DNA of 64,000 bases from Candidatus Marinacidobacterales bacterium (GTDB lineage Bacteria; Acidobacteriota; Vicinamibacteria; Marinacidobacterales; SMYC01), in the NCBI GenBank assembly GCA_965237955.1, contig OZ250169.1, positions 2,592,001-2,656,000 on the forward strand. Reading direction: 5' to 3'. Under the pieces are notes generated by a model, which worked only from the letters and a program-made list of their open reading frames with translations, was not told the origin of the DNA and ran no database searches. Shown piece by piece: positions 43,248-52,106 of the stretch (within the stretch, counting starts at the first letter, position 1; each line of letters opens with the position of its first letter). Made by a program: the position numbers and the translations under genes.

Positions 43248-44192
43248 ATGAGATATACCCTTCTCTTCGCGATCGGTGTTGCGAGCTGCGTTTCGCGCGA
43301 GGTCCCACGGAGCGAGCGGATCGTGGTGGAGATCGCCGGGGATGCCATCACCGTGGGCGAGTTCGACCGTTTCGTCGAGTCCTCGGTGCATCAGGACGAG
43401 CCGTTTCTCGCCGCAGACGTCAAGGAGGCTCTGCTTGAGCAATTCATAGAAGAGAAGCTCCTGCTCCGCGCCGCGGACGACGCTGGGGTTCGCGCCGATC
43501 CCAAATCGGTGGCGCGCCGACTCGAAGTCATCGAAAAAGCACAAATGGCGAAGTCGCAGGTCTCGAGCCAGGGGGCGATGGCTGCGGTTCTCGAGCGGCA
43601 GCTTGTGATCGAAAAGCTCGTCGAGACCGAGCTCTTCGACGAGCTGGATGTGACCGACGCCGAAGTGGAAGCTCACTTCGAGGCCAACCGGGCTCTATTC
43701 CAGCGACCGGAGACGGTCTCGATCTCGCAGATTCTCGTCGAAGAAGAGCCACGGGCGAACGAGATCCTGCAACAGCTCAAAGCCAACCCCGCGCTCTTCA
43801 AGAAATTCGCCGAAGAGCACTCGATCGGTCCGGAGTCGAGCCGGAGCGGGCTTTTGGGCACCTTCGGGCGCGGCGAGCTGCCTCCTTCGTTCGAAATGGC
43901 CGTGTTCGCGCTCAGGAAAGGTCGCATCTCCGACGTCGTAGCGACCGATTTCGGGTTTCACATCTTCAAGCTCCACGAGAAGACCGACGCCGAGCTTCTC
44001 TCTCTCGACGACGTGCGCGACACCATCCGCGTCGCTCTTCTGCGCGACAAGAGCGAGACCGAGCTCTCGCGCTATATTGAGGGGTTGAAACAGACGTACG
44101 CCGTGACCGTCCATCGTGAGCACTTGAGCTTCGCTTTTCTAGAGTGGGAGGACGGTAACGCCGCGGGGGCGCCAACGGAGGAAAGTCCATGA
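43248..44192 (+). CDS. PrsA/SurA-like parvulin peptidyl-prolyl isomerase, probable lipoprotein
   Basis: VASC lipobox; SQILV, GLLG, FEMAVF, TDFGFHI. Confidence 0.9.
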   Translation: MRYTLLFAIGVASCVSREVPRSERIVVEIAGDAITVGEFDRFVESSVHQDEPFLAADVKEALLEQFIEEKLLLRAADDAGVRADPKSVARRLEVIEKAQMAKSQVSSQGAMAAVLERQLVIEKLVETELFDELDVTDAEVEAHFEANRALFQRPETVSISQILVEEEPRANEILQQLKANPALFKKFAEEHSIGPESSRSGLLGTFGRGELPPSFEMAVFALRKGRISDVVATDFGFHIFKLHEKTDAELLSLDDVRDTIRVALLRDKSETELSRYIEGLKQTYAVTVHREHLSFAFLEWEDGNAAGAPTEESP

Positions 44193-45172
44193 GCATGATC
44201 GTGATCGTGACCCGGCAACATCTTGGCATCGTCGCAACCGCCGCGCTCCTCGTGATAAACGGCGCAAACACCGCGTCGGCCGACACGGTGGAGCGCATCG
44301 TCGCCAAAGTCAATGGCCAGATCGTCACCCTGACCGAGCTCGACGCGGAAGTCGAGACGGCGCTCCAGCAACTCGGGCCGGCGCAGTCGGAGGAAGAGCA
44401 ACGCCGACGCGTTGAAGAGCTTCCCAGGAGGATCCTCGACACCGTCATCGACAGCATGCTCGTCATGCAGGTGGCAGAAGACCGGGGGCTTCGAGTGCCA
44501 TCGCGTTTCTTCGAAGAGTGGAAACAGAACATCATGTCCGAGATGAACATCGAGGACGAAGCCGAGTTCGAGCGCCAAGTGAAGCTGCAGGGCGGGACGG
44601 TCGAAGGGTTGAAAAAGCGATTCGAAGAGGGTGTGCTGCTCCAAGAAGTGCGGCGCATGGAAGTCGACTCCAAGGTGACGGTGTCGGAGCCGGAGATCGA
44701 AGAACGTTATCGGCTGAACATTCAAGACTACACCCAACCGCCGCGGATGCGTCTCCGCGAGATCGTCGTGCGGTTCGACGACACCAACGAGGTCGACCAA
44801 GGACGGAAGGCGCGGCGTCTTCTTCAAGACGTCCGTCAAGGCGCGGACTTCGCCGAAGTGGCGCGCATGCATTCGGAGTCCGGCTCGCGCGACGCCGGCG
44901 GAGACCTCGGGTTCTTCAATGAAGGCGAGCTGACCGAAGCGCTCGCGGCCGCCGCGTTCGAGCTCGGCCCCGGCGAAGTGAGCGAGATCATCCGACTCCC
45001 CACCGCGTTCTACATTATCCGCGTCGAAGAGAAAGAAGAGGCGACGACGAAGTTGCTCGAAGAGGTCAGAAACGAAGTGGCTGATGGCATCTATCAAGAG
45101 AAGATGAGCGAGCAAATGGATCGCTTCGTCAAGCAGCTTCGTGAGCGGGCGATCATTGAGATTAAGCTTTAA
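44189..45172 (+). CDS. SurA-like chaperone / parvulin peptidyl-prolyl isomerase
   Basis: VERIVAKVNGQIVT, FAEVARMHS, GGDLGFF; follows mfd as in many bacteria. Confidence 0.9.
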   Translation: MSMIVIVTRQHLGIVATAALLVINGANTASADTVERIVAKVNGQIVTLTELDAEVETALQQLGPAQSEEEQRRRVEELPRRILDTVIDSMLVMQVAEDRGLRVPSRFFEEWKQNIMSEMNIEDEAEFERQVKLQGGTVEGLKKRFEEGVLLQEVRRMEVDSKVTVSEPEIEERYRLNIQDYTQPPRMRLREIVVRFDDTNEVDQGRKARRLLQDVRQGADFAEVARMHSESGSRDAGGDLGFFNEGELTEALAAAAFELGPGEVSEIIRLPTAFYIIRVEEKEEATTKLLEEVRNEVADGIYQEKMSEQMDRFVKQLRERAIIEIKL

Positions 45173-45185
45173 ATCGTTGCGCCTT

Positions 45186-45212
45186 CAGCCATCGGCCGTC
45201 AGCCATCAGCCA
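45186..45212. repeat. Heptamer tandem repeat (CAGCCAT-type)
   Basis: cagccat cggccgt cagccat cagcca. Confidence 0.7.
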
Positions 45213-45217
45213 GTCCC

Positions 45218-45493
45218 GTGAGGGTCGATGTTTTCTTGAAGCAGACGCGTCTTATCAAGAGGCGGTCGTTGGCGAAGGAGCTTTGTGAGGAAGGGGCGGT
45301 CTCGATCAACGGGCATGTCGTGCGGGCGGGGCGGGAGGTCAGCCCGGGTGACACGCTCGAGTTGAACCTGCGCAATCGGCAGCTCGTCGTGGAAATAGTG
45401 GACATCCCGTCGCGGCCTCCGAGCACGGCGCACGCGAGCGATTTCTACCGTATCATCAGTGATGAGCGGATCGAAGATGCCGAACAGGAGTGA
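45218..45493 (+). CDS. S4-domain RNA-binding protein (Hsp15/YabO-like)
   Basis: MRVDVFLKQTRLIKRRSLAKELCEEG.V.ING. Confidence 0.92.
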   Translation: MRVDVFLKQTRLIKRRSLAKELCEEGAVSINGHVVRAGREVSPGDTLELNLRNRQLVVEIVDIPSRPPSTAHASDFYRIISDERIEDAEQE

Positions 45494-46493
45494 CCCGCTG
45501 AAGCCTCTGACCATCGGCGGCAAGGTCGAGATGAAGACGCCGCTCGTCCTGGCGCCGCTCGCGGGGCACACTGACCGAGCGTTTCGGGGCCTGGTGCGCG
45601 ATCTAGGGGGCTGCGGTCTCGTGGTCACCGAAATGGTGAGCTCCGAGGGGCTGACGCGCGGTAGTGACTTTTCCAAGGAGCTCGCGGCCATTGCCCCGGA
45701 TGAGCGTCCAATAGGCGTTCAGATTTTCGGAAGCGATCCCGAGCGCATGGGTGATGCGGCGGCGATGATCGAGGACATGGGTGCCGATCTCGTCGACGTC
45801 AATATGGGTTGTCCCGTTCCCAAAGTCACGCGTAAGGGTTCGGGCGCCGCGCTCATGAAGGACACCAAGAAAGCCGCCGCCGTCGTGTCGCGGATGGTCG
45901 CTCGAACGACGTGTCCGGTCACAGTGAAGATCCGCTCCGGTTGGGACCAAAACTCGATCAACGCAGCCGAGATGGCGCGGGCCCTCGAGGACGCGGGCGC
46001 GTCCGCGATTACCGTTCATCCCCGTTGCCGCAGTGAGCACCATCGAGGTCAGGCGGTGTGGTCGGTCATTTCCGATGTGAAACGAGCCGTGAGCGTTCCC
46101 GTCATCGGCAACGGCGACGTTGACGGAGCGGAATCAGCGCGCAAGATGTTCGAACAGACCGGCGTCGACGGCATCATGGTCGGTCGTGGCGCCTTGGTAA
46201 ATCCGTGGGTCTTTAGGCAGATCATCGAAGGGGACCCGCGTGGTCCCGAGCTCGACGACTACCGCCGCGTGTTCGAGGGGTTCATCGAGAGATTGCGAGA
46301 CTATCTACCGGAGCGCGTCGTGTTGAACCGCATGAAGGCGTTCATCGGTTGGGTAACGAAGGGGCTTCACAAAGGACATGCTCTCCGTCGCGACATCTAC
46401 GCGGCGAAGTCCTTGCCCGAAGTGTGCTCGGTCTTCGACGACTACTTCGAAACCGTGGGAACGACAGAGACTCCCGCCCAAACTCTAGACTGA
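45477..46493 (+). CDS. dusB: tRNA-dihydrouridine synthase
   Basis: LAPLAG, TEMVS, QIFGS, DVNMGCP, VTVKIR, IGNGD, MVGRG; start could also be 45462. Confidence 0.93.
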   Translation: MPNRSDPLKPLTIGGKVEMKTPLVLAPLAGHTDRAFRGLVRDLGGCGLVVTEMVSSEGLTRGSDFSKELAAIAPDERPIGVQIFGSDPERMGDAAAMIEDMGADLVDVNMGCPVPKVTRKGSGAALMKDTKKAAAVVSRMVARTTCPVTVKIRSGWDQNSINAAEMARALEDAGASAITVHPRCRSEHHRGQAVWSVISDVKRAVSVPVIGNGDVDGAESARKMFEQTGVDGIMVGRGALVNPWVFRQIIEGDPRGPELDDYRRVFEGFIERLRDYLPERVVLNRMKAFIGWVTKGLHKGHALRRDIYAAKSLPEVCSVFDDYFETVGTTETPAQTLD

Positions 46494-46823
46494 CTAGCTT
46501 TTCGCGAGCTTCGCGCTCGGTGCGTTCTTCCTTACTGACTGCATTCCCTTGGCGCACGAGCGATCGGTCTTGTACATTTGGCTCTGACCGACGACCTACC
46601 CGTTTTTCGCCTTCAAGACGAAGTAGGACTGGCCTCGCTTTGAGCTCTTGATCTCGAATCGCCCTTGGACACGGCTGTTGGTGCGTACCGACTCGATGCC
46701 TTTGCGGCAACCGTCGCGCCCGGCGTAGCCCTGGCTAGCGAGAATGATCTCGCCGTTCGGCCCTTTTAAGTTGAAATAGAATTTTTGATTGCGTCCTTTG
46801 GAGATCGTAAATTTACCTGCCAT
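46494..46823 (-). pseudogene. yegP: YegP (DUF1508 x2) family protein with an in-frame amber codon
   Basis: FYFNLKGPNGEIILASQGY repeat 1; repeat 2 YFVLKAKNG*VVGQSQMY continues in frame past TAG at 46596-46598. Confidence 0.9.
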
Positions 46824-46862
46824 GAGCGCGAGCGTATCACGGTAGAACGAAGTCGCATCCTA

Positions 46863-46945
46863 AAAAGATCACCGCAGAGGCGCAGAGGGCGCAGAGGAAA
46901 CGCAGAGGGAAGAACCAATCGGCGTGGCCTCTGCGGTGATCTTTT
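46863..46945. repeat. REP-like inverted repeat with CGCAGAGG units
   Basis: Perfect 19-bp IR AAAAGATCACCGCAGAGGC/GCCTCTGCGGTGATCTTTT with three further CGCAGAGG units inside. Confidence 0.85.
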
Positions 46946-46948
46946 CTA

Positions 46949-48019
46949 CTATCGGCGAGATTGCAACAGTCGAAGTACGTTGCCGCCCAAAACTTTGCGG
47001 ATGCGCTCGTCGGAAAAACCTCGGCGCAGCATGAGCTCGGTGAGGGCGGGCAGACCGTCGGCGCCGATCGGTGGCGTAACATAGCCGTCGAAGTCCGAGC
47101 CGATGGCCACGGCGTCTTCGCCGCCGACGGCCATGACATGCTCGATGTGCCGAAGCGCTTCTTCGAGGCTCGCGTCGCGGAGCGCTGGTGGCGCCAGCAT
47201 CACGCCGATGACACCGCCTCGGGACGCGACCGCACGAATCTGGTCGTCCCCCAAGTTGCGCCACGTATCGTGCACCGCGCGCACACCGCTGTGACTGACG
47301 AGAGGCGGACTCTCCGTCAACGCGAGGCTCTCGTCGAATGTCTTTCCGGACGCGTGCGCGAGATCCAAGAGCACGCCGGCCCGGTTCATTTCCGTCACCA
47401 GGCTCCTCCCGAGCGCGGTGAGACCGCGATCGCTTCCCGACGAGCTCCCGCCGAACGCGTTGTTCGTCAAGTGCACCGGCCCGATGAACACGACGCCCCG
47501 TGCCGCCACCTCGCGCACCCGGCGGACATCAGACTCGAGCGCATGCGCCCCTTCGATGCCGTGAAAACCGTAGAGGCCTTTTTGCTCGCGCAGCAAGGCC
47601 GGATCGGCCGTCACCGTGATCGCCCCCCGGTCTTCGAACCCCGCCATCTTCGATAGCTGATGCTTCAGACGCTCCCACGGCGAGAACCACGTCCTCGGCG
47701 TCCACCGATCGTGGAACGCCTTCAAACCGGCCACACCAAAAAACGCCGTCGGAATGGTAAACGCCGCAACATCGAGCCCGCCCGCCCGCATCCGAGGAAA
47801 GTCCACTTGACCCCCCTGATCCGCAAGCCTCAGATCGCGACGCCAAAGAAGTGAATCAACGTGCAAGTCGATGACAACGGCCTCGTCATGCAACCGCCGC
47901 GCCCGCTCACTAATTTCGATGTCGATCGGCACGGGCCGAAACGAAGGCTCAGGGTTGAAAGCGAAGAAGAGAGCGCAAGCGATGATGAGAGCTAAGACGC
48001 CAAAACCGGCACGACGCAA
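46949..48019 (-). CDS. Membrane dipeptidase (M19) family protein
   Basis: DLHVD, GIEGAH, DLAH, SHSG, RNL.D, IGSDFDG, GGNVLR; N-terminal TM; TTG start inferred. Confidence 0.92.
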   Translation of the reverse strand: MRRAGFGVLALIIACALFFAFNPEPSFRPVPIDIEISERARRLHDEAVVIDLHVDSLLWRRDLRLADQGGQVDFPRMRAGGLDVAAFTIPTAFFGVAGLKAFHDRWTPRTWFSPWERLKHQLSKMAGFEDRGAITVTADPALLREQKGLYGFHGIEGAHALESDVRRVREVAARGVVFIGPVHLTNNAFGGSSSGSDRGLTALGRSLVTEMNRAGVLLDLAHASGKTFDESLALTESPPLVSHSGVRAVHDTWRNLGDDQIRAVASRGGVIGVMLAPPALRDASLEEALRHIEHVMAVGGEDAVAIGSDFDGYVTPPIGADGLPALTELMLRRGFSDERIRKVLGGNVLRLLQSRR

Positions 48020-48020
48020 A

Positions 48021-48054
48021 GCCGATGGCCGATGGCCGATGGCGGATGGCGGAT
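48021..48054. repeat. Heptamer tandem repeat (GC(C/G)GATG)5
   Basis: Fills the moaA-dipeptidase intergenic gap. Confidence 0.75.
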
Positions 48055-49082
48055 CATCCTCCACGAGTATGCATCTCGAGATGCGGATCCTTCCGAAGCC
48101 CCTCGATCTCCACCGGGGTAGTGCGGTCCACGAGCTCAAGCCGCACTTCGGCGCCGCGATCGTCTCGTGCGTGCCACGAGGACGTGACTATCGCGGTGAG
48201 CTCTTCGTCGGTCGCGCCGCGACGGAGCTCGCGTCTCAAGTCGATGCCCTTTTGAGCATAGAGACACAGATACCAAAAGCCATCCGCGGTCAGCCGGCTG
48301 CGATCGCACGTCCGGCAAAAAGGCGCCGTCATCGTAGCAATGATGCCGAACGTGGTGCCGTCCGGGAGGCGGTAGCGTTTTGCCGGGGCCCAGCTTTCGA
48401 GATCGAAAGCGGCGATGGGACCACCGAAGTGTTCCTCCACGGTGCGGAGAATGTCGGCCTGGCCGAACACTTGCTTATCGGACCAGCGGGTCGCGCCTCC
48501 CACGTCCATGTACTCGATGAACCGTACTTCCGCGTCGATGCGCTGGGCGTACTCGATGAGGTCGCACACTTCGTCGTCGTTCGTGCCCCGGATGACGACG
48601 GTGTCGAGCTTGAGCTTGTCGAAGCCTACGTCGGTGGCGGCTTCGATCCCGCGAAGCACATCGTCGAGCTGGTCGCGGCGGCTGAGCTCTCGAAACCGAT
48701 CCGGGCGCAGCGTGTCGATGCTCACCGTGACCCGGGAGAGCCCGGCGTCTTTGAGAGAGCGAGCTTGCGCCTCGAGCAACAAGCCGTTGGTCGTGAGCGC
48801 GAGCTCGTGGACGCGCTCGAGATCCGACAGCATGCGGACGAGCTCGGGCAAGTCTTTCCGGAGCAGCGGCTCGCCTCCGGTCAGGCGTACTTTGTCGACA
48901 CCGAGCCCGGTGAAAACGCCGACGAGACGCCGGGTCTCCTCGAAGCTGAGGATGTCTTTTCGTGGGAGCCAGACGTAGTCGACCTCGGGCATACAGTACT
49001 GACAACGCAAGTTACACCGATCGGTCACCGAGACCCTGAGGCTTCGGAGCGGCCGTTTTAGCGTGTCCATTATCTGTACCAC
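48054..49082 (-). CDS. moaA: GTP 3',8-cyclase (radical SAM)
   Basis: LRVSVTDRCNLRCQYC, RLTGGEP, RFIEYM, FCRTCDRSRLT, C-terminal GG. Confidence 0.97.
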   Translation of the reverse strand: MVQIMDTLKRPLRSLRVSVTDRCNLRCQYCMPEVDYVWLPRKDILSFEETRRLVGVFTGLGVDKVRLTGGEPLLRKDLPELVRMLSDLERVHELALTTNGLLLEAQARSLKDAGLSRVTVSIDTLRPDRFRELSRRDQLDDVLRGIEAATDVGFDKLKLDTVVIRGTNDDEVCDLIEYAQRIDAEVRFIEYMDVGGATRWSDKQVFGQADILRTVEEHFGGPIAAFDLESWAPAKRYRLPDGTTFGIIATMTAPFCRTCDRSRLTADGFWYLCLYAQKGIDLRRELRRGATDEELTAIVTSSWHARDDRGAEVRLELVDRTTPVEIEGLRKDPHLEMHTRGG

Positions 49083-49161
49083 GAGTGCAGCTTAACCAGT
49101 CTGGGGACACTTGATCAAGGGGGCCGCGTGGCGTAAGAGGCTAGTCCGAGGAGCTCATGCC

Positions 49162-49245
49162 ATGTCGATCGCGCGTCGAGACGTTTTGAAGATGCTGACG
49201 GCGGCTCCGTTCGTGGGCCTCGCCGGAGTTCCAGGGCTTCAAGAA
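49162..49245 (+). pseudogene. Orphan twin-arginine signal peptide (probable truncated gene)
   Basis: GAGGAG RBS, MSIARRDVLKMLTAAPFVGLAG; the rest of the ORF reads through antisense/non-coding sequence. Confidence 0.5.
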
Positions 49246-49284
49246 CCGGGGCAACCGGCCGGTGGTGCCAGCCCCCAGAGGGTA

Positions 49285-49341
49285 CTAGGGCTCAGTCTTG
49301 ATGTAGGGACAGCCAGCTTTGATCTTGCTTTGAATCTTCAT
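49285..49341 (-). CDS. 18-aa small peptide MKIQSKIKAGCPYIKTEP
   Basis: GGAGG RBS 6 nt before ATG; sigma54-type promoter upstream; GC-rich hairpin downstream. Confidence 0.65.
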   Translation of the reverse strand: MKIQSKIKAGCPYIKTEP

Positions 49342-49414
49342 TGTATTCCTCCGGGGTTTGTCTCTTTCGAGATTTGTTTTTCGTTTCGCATCGTCAAACT
49401 CTGCTGGGGGTTAT

Positions 49415-49430
49415 TGCAGGCGCGATGCCA
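49415..49430 (-). promoter_or_regulatory. Candidate sigma54 (-24/-12) promoter
   Basis: TGGCATCGCGCCTGCA with GG-N10-GC spacing, 73 nt upstream of the small ORF start. Confidence 0.6.
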
Positions 49431-49664
49431 GAAACCGGAAGGAAGGAGACGCACGAAAAGACGCGGTTGACACGGGTTTTCGCGATCGAGCGCTCTAGCG
49501 GGGCAGGAAGTTGTCCGAGGTTCGTACGGACACCGTTACAGCCCCCGTACGGATTGCTTTGGTCACCGGAGACACTCGGAGTCCACAGAGGATTGCAGGC
49601 TGGAAGCTCGAGCGCTCAGTCCTCGCACGAGCAACTCGATGCGCTGAACGCTGAATGCTGAACC

Positions 49665-49697
49665 AAAAAAAAGGGCGGAGGCAGCGATGCCTCCGCC
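49665..49697 (-). terminator. Rho-independent terminator after trxA
   Basis: GGCGGAGGCA-TCGC-TGCCTCCGCC then C and T8 on the minus strand. Confidence 0.9.
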
Positions 49698-49733
49698 GTG
49701 TGGAAAATGTGAAGTTATTCTTGCGCGGGCCGC

Positions 49734-50075
49734 TCAGGACACGACCGCGATCAAGCTGTTGAGCTTCTCCGCGAGCGCGTCTTTCTGTGCGGCTCCAACG
49801 AGCTGCTCCGCGACTTTGCCGTCACGGAAGAACAGAAGCGTAGGGATCGAGCGCACGCCGTACTCCTGGGCCAGTTTCGGCTGCTCGTCGACGTTCACTT
49901 TGACCACTTTGGCCTTGCCGTCGAAATCGGCCGCCAGCTCTTCGATGGCGGGCGCGATCATCTTGCACGGGCCGCACCATTCAGCCCAAAAGTCCACGAG
50001 GACGGGCTGTGAGGACTCGATCACCTCACTCTTAAAGTTCTCCTCTGTGGCGGTAATGTATTTGGCGTCACCCAT
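49734..50075 (-). CDS. trxA: Thioredoxin
   Basis: [16 protein letters not shown]; AAGGAG RBS. Confidence 0.97.
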   Translation of the reverse strand: MGDAKYITATEENFKSEVIESSQPVLVDFWAEWCGPCKMIAPAIEELAADFDGKAKVVKVNVDEQPKLAQEYGVRSIPTLLFFRDGKVAEQLVGAAQKDALAEKLNSLIAVVS

Positions 50076-50701
50076 GATGCGGGTCTCCTTTCAGTGCGTT
50101 GCTTTCCCGTCAGCGACGGCAACGCAGGTTCGTCCAAAACCGAAAGCGTGACGTCGACGACGTCCTGCAACATGTCGACATCCACGCAACACCTCGATAA
50201 AACTCGGAGTCCTTGTAGACCGTTCGTTAAGAAGCGCGCCAGCGCGCGGGGCTCGTGCCGCTCCGAGATGTCGTCTGATTTCGCGAGCGCGCTCTCGAAA
50301 GCGTCTTCCACCCGGCGGAGATTCTTCCGGACGCGGGAGGCCGTTTCTTCGTCCCCCTCGGACAGGGCGACAGCCGTGTTGGTGATAAAACAGCCGCGGC
50401 TGCCGCTATCGCACGCGCAATCGAGCACGACGTCGCGGAAGATCCTTGCAATCCGCTCCCGGGCCGGCAACGACTCCGACAGGATTCCGACCATCTTGCG
50501 GTAGAAACGCTCTTCGTAGCGGTCGAGAGCCTCCAGAAACAACTGTTGCTTGCCGCCGAACGCGGCGTAGAGGCTTCCTCGCTGTATGCCCATGGAGTCG
50601 ACTAGATCTTGCACCGACGTCCGGTCGTAGCCCCGCGTCCAGAACACTTGGATCGCGCGGTCCAAGACCACATCGCGGTCGAACTCTCGAGGCCGTGCCA
50701 T
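50021..50701 (-). CDS. TetR-family regulator (NemR-like, Cys-rich)
   Basis: [31 protein letters not shown]; the C-terminal tail overlaps trxA by 55 bp. Confidence 0.92.
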   Translation of the reverse strand: MARPREFDRDVVLDRAIQVFWTRGYDRTSVQDLVDSMGIQRGSLYAAFGGKQQLFLEALDRYEERFYRKMVGILSESLPARERIARIFRDVVLDCACDSGSRGCFITNTAVALSEGDEETASRVRKNLRRVEDAFESALAKSDDISERHEPRALARFLTNGLQGLRVLSRCCVDVDMLQDVVDVTLSVLDEPALPSLTGKQRTERRPASWVTPNTLPPQRRTLRVR

Positions 50702-50817
50702 GACAGGGAGACTATAACAGTTGTGGAACGAATAGTCAATAACAACGTAAGCTATTGAAATAAAAGGGTTCAAAATCTAGTTGTATCTTATGAACAATTG
50801 AATTATGCTTCAATCGT

Positions 50818-51162
50818 ATGGCGACGACCACGAGTGCCCATCGCTGCCCGGACATCGGGAACGAGGTTCTCTCGTTCGAGCAAGCCCAGATTTTGGCCGA
50901 GACGTTCCGGGTTCTCGGCGATCCGACCCGGGTGCGCATCGTCCATGCGCTTTCGCTCAACGAGCTGTGCACGTCGGATCTCGCGAGCGTCGTCGCGATG
51001 AGTGAGTCCGCGGTCTCGCATCAGCTCCGCACCTTGCGCCAGCTTCACGTGGTCAAGAGCCGCCGCGAGGGAAAGCTTGTCTTCTATAGCTTGAACGACG
51101 ATCACGTCCGGAGCCTCTTCCAACAGGGGCTCGAGCACGCGTTCGAGGACAAAGTCCGTTGA
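50818..51162 (+). CDS. ArsR/SmtB-family metal-sensing repressor
   Basis: LGDPTRVRI, ELC, SAVSHQLR, DDHV...LEH alpha5-type site. Confidence 0.93.
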   Translation: MATTTSAHRCPDIGNEVLSFEQAQILAETFRVLGDPTRVRIVHALSLNELCTSDLASVVAMSESAVSHQLRTLRQLHVVKSRREGKLVFYSLNDDHVRSLFQQGLEHAFEDKVR

Positions 51163-52100
51163 CTACAGCGAGCGCCACCTCTGAACACGGTACACGCCGC
51201 GCCATGATACTCGCGTTCTTGTTGACGTCGGGCTTCATGGTGGCCGAGCTCGTCGGCGGCGTCCTAGCGAACAGCCTCGCTTTGATTGCCGATGCGGGGC
51301 ATATGGTCTCCGATGCGGCCGCGCTCGGGCTCGGACTGTTCGCGATGTGGATCGCGAGGCGCCCACACACCGAACGTCGGACGTTCGGGTTCCACCGCGC
51401 GGAGATTCTCGCGGCGCTCGTCAACGGGTCGCTCCTCGTCGGCATTGCACTGTTGGTGAGCTATCACGCGGTGGGACGACTGCGCGAGGCACAGGTAGTG
51501 GCGAGCGGACCGGTGCTCATCATCGCGGCGCTCGGTCTCGTCGTAAATGTCGTCGCGCTCAGAATCCTCGGAGGTCACCGCCACGCTAGTCTGAACGTCC
51601 GCGGTGCGTTCGTGCACGTGCTCGGCGACGCATTGGGCTCGATTGGCGTTCTCATCTCGGGTGTGGTGATTCGGTTCACCGGATGGATGCCCGTCGATGC
51701 CATCGTCAGCTTGTTCATCGCCACGCTCATCCTCGTCTCTGGATGGCGTCTCGTGCGGGAAACGATCTCGGTGCTGCTCGAGAGCTCACCGCGGCATCTC
51801 GATACCGACGCTCTCCGTCGCGATCTCACCGAGATCGAAGGGGTGCGCGATGTGCACGACCTCCACGTGTGGACGGTGACATCCGGCTTCGTCTCGCTGA
51901 GCGCCCACGCGGAAGTGACCTCGAGCGACATCGCCGACGAAGTCCTGCGCAGGGCCACCGTACTTCTTCGAGAGCGCTACGGCATCCGCCACGTCACCAT
52001 TCAGCCGGAGACGTCACAGATCCACGACGAGCTCGAGCATTGCTGTCTCGACGACCACGAGCCGTCGCTGTCGTTCCGGCGGTTCTTGAATCAGAGCTGA
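51159..52100 (+). CDS. Cation diffusion facilitator (CzcD-like) efflux transporter
   Basis: SLALIADAGHMVSD, TFGFHRAE, NVRGAFVHVLGD, HDLHVW, HVTIQ. Confidence 0.95.
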   Translation: MTTASATSEHGTRRAMILAFLLTSGFMVAELVGGVLANSLALIADAGHMVSDAAALGLGLFAMWIARRPHTERRTFGFHRAEILAALVNGSLLVGIALLVSYHAVGRLREAQVVASGPVLIIAALGLVVNVVALRILGGHRHASLNVRGAFVHVLGDALGSIGVLISGVVIRFTGWMPVDAIVSLFIATLILVSGWRLVRETISVLLESSPRHLDTDALRRDLTEIEGVRDVHDLHVWTVTSGFVSLSAHAEVTSSDIADEVLRRATVLLRERYGIRHVTIQPETSQIHDELEHCCLDDHEPSLSFRRFLNQS

Positions 52101-52106
52101 GTGGTC

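Noticed and set aside
49111-49470. 119-aa ORF as a complete gene
   Set aside because: Only the Tat-like N-terminus looks coding; the remainder is antisense to the small-peptide unit
50748-50772. TAAGCTATTGAAATAAAAGGGTT resembling the MITE dyad
   Set aside because: Spacing differs by one base and the region is an AT-rich divergent promoter, so the match is too weak
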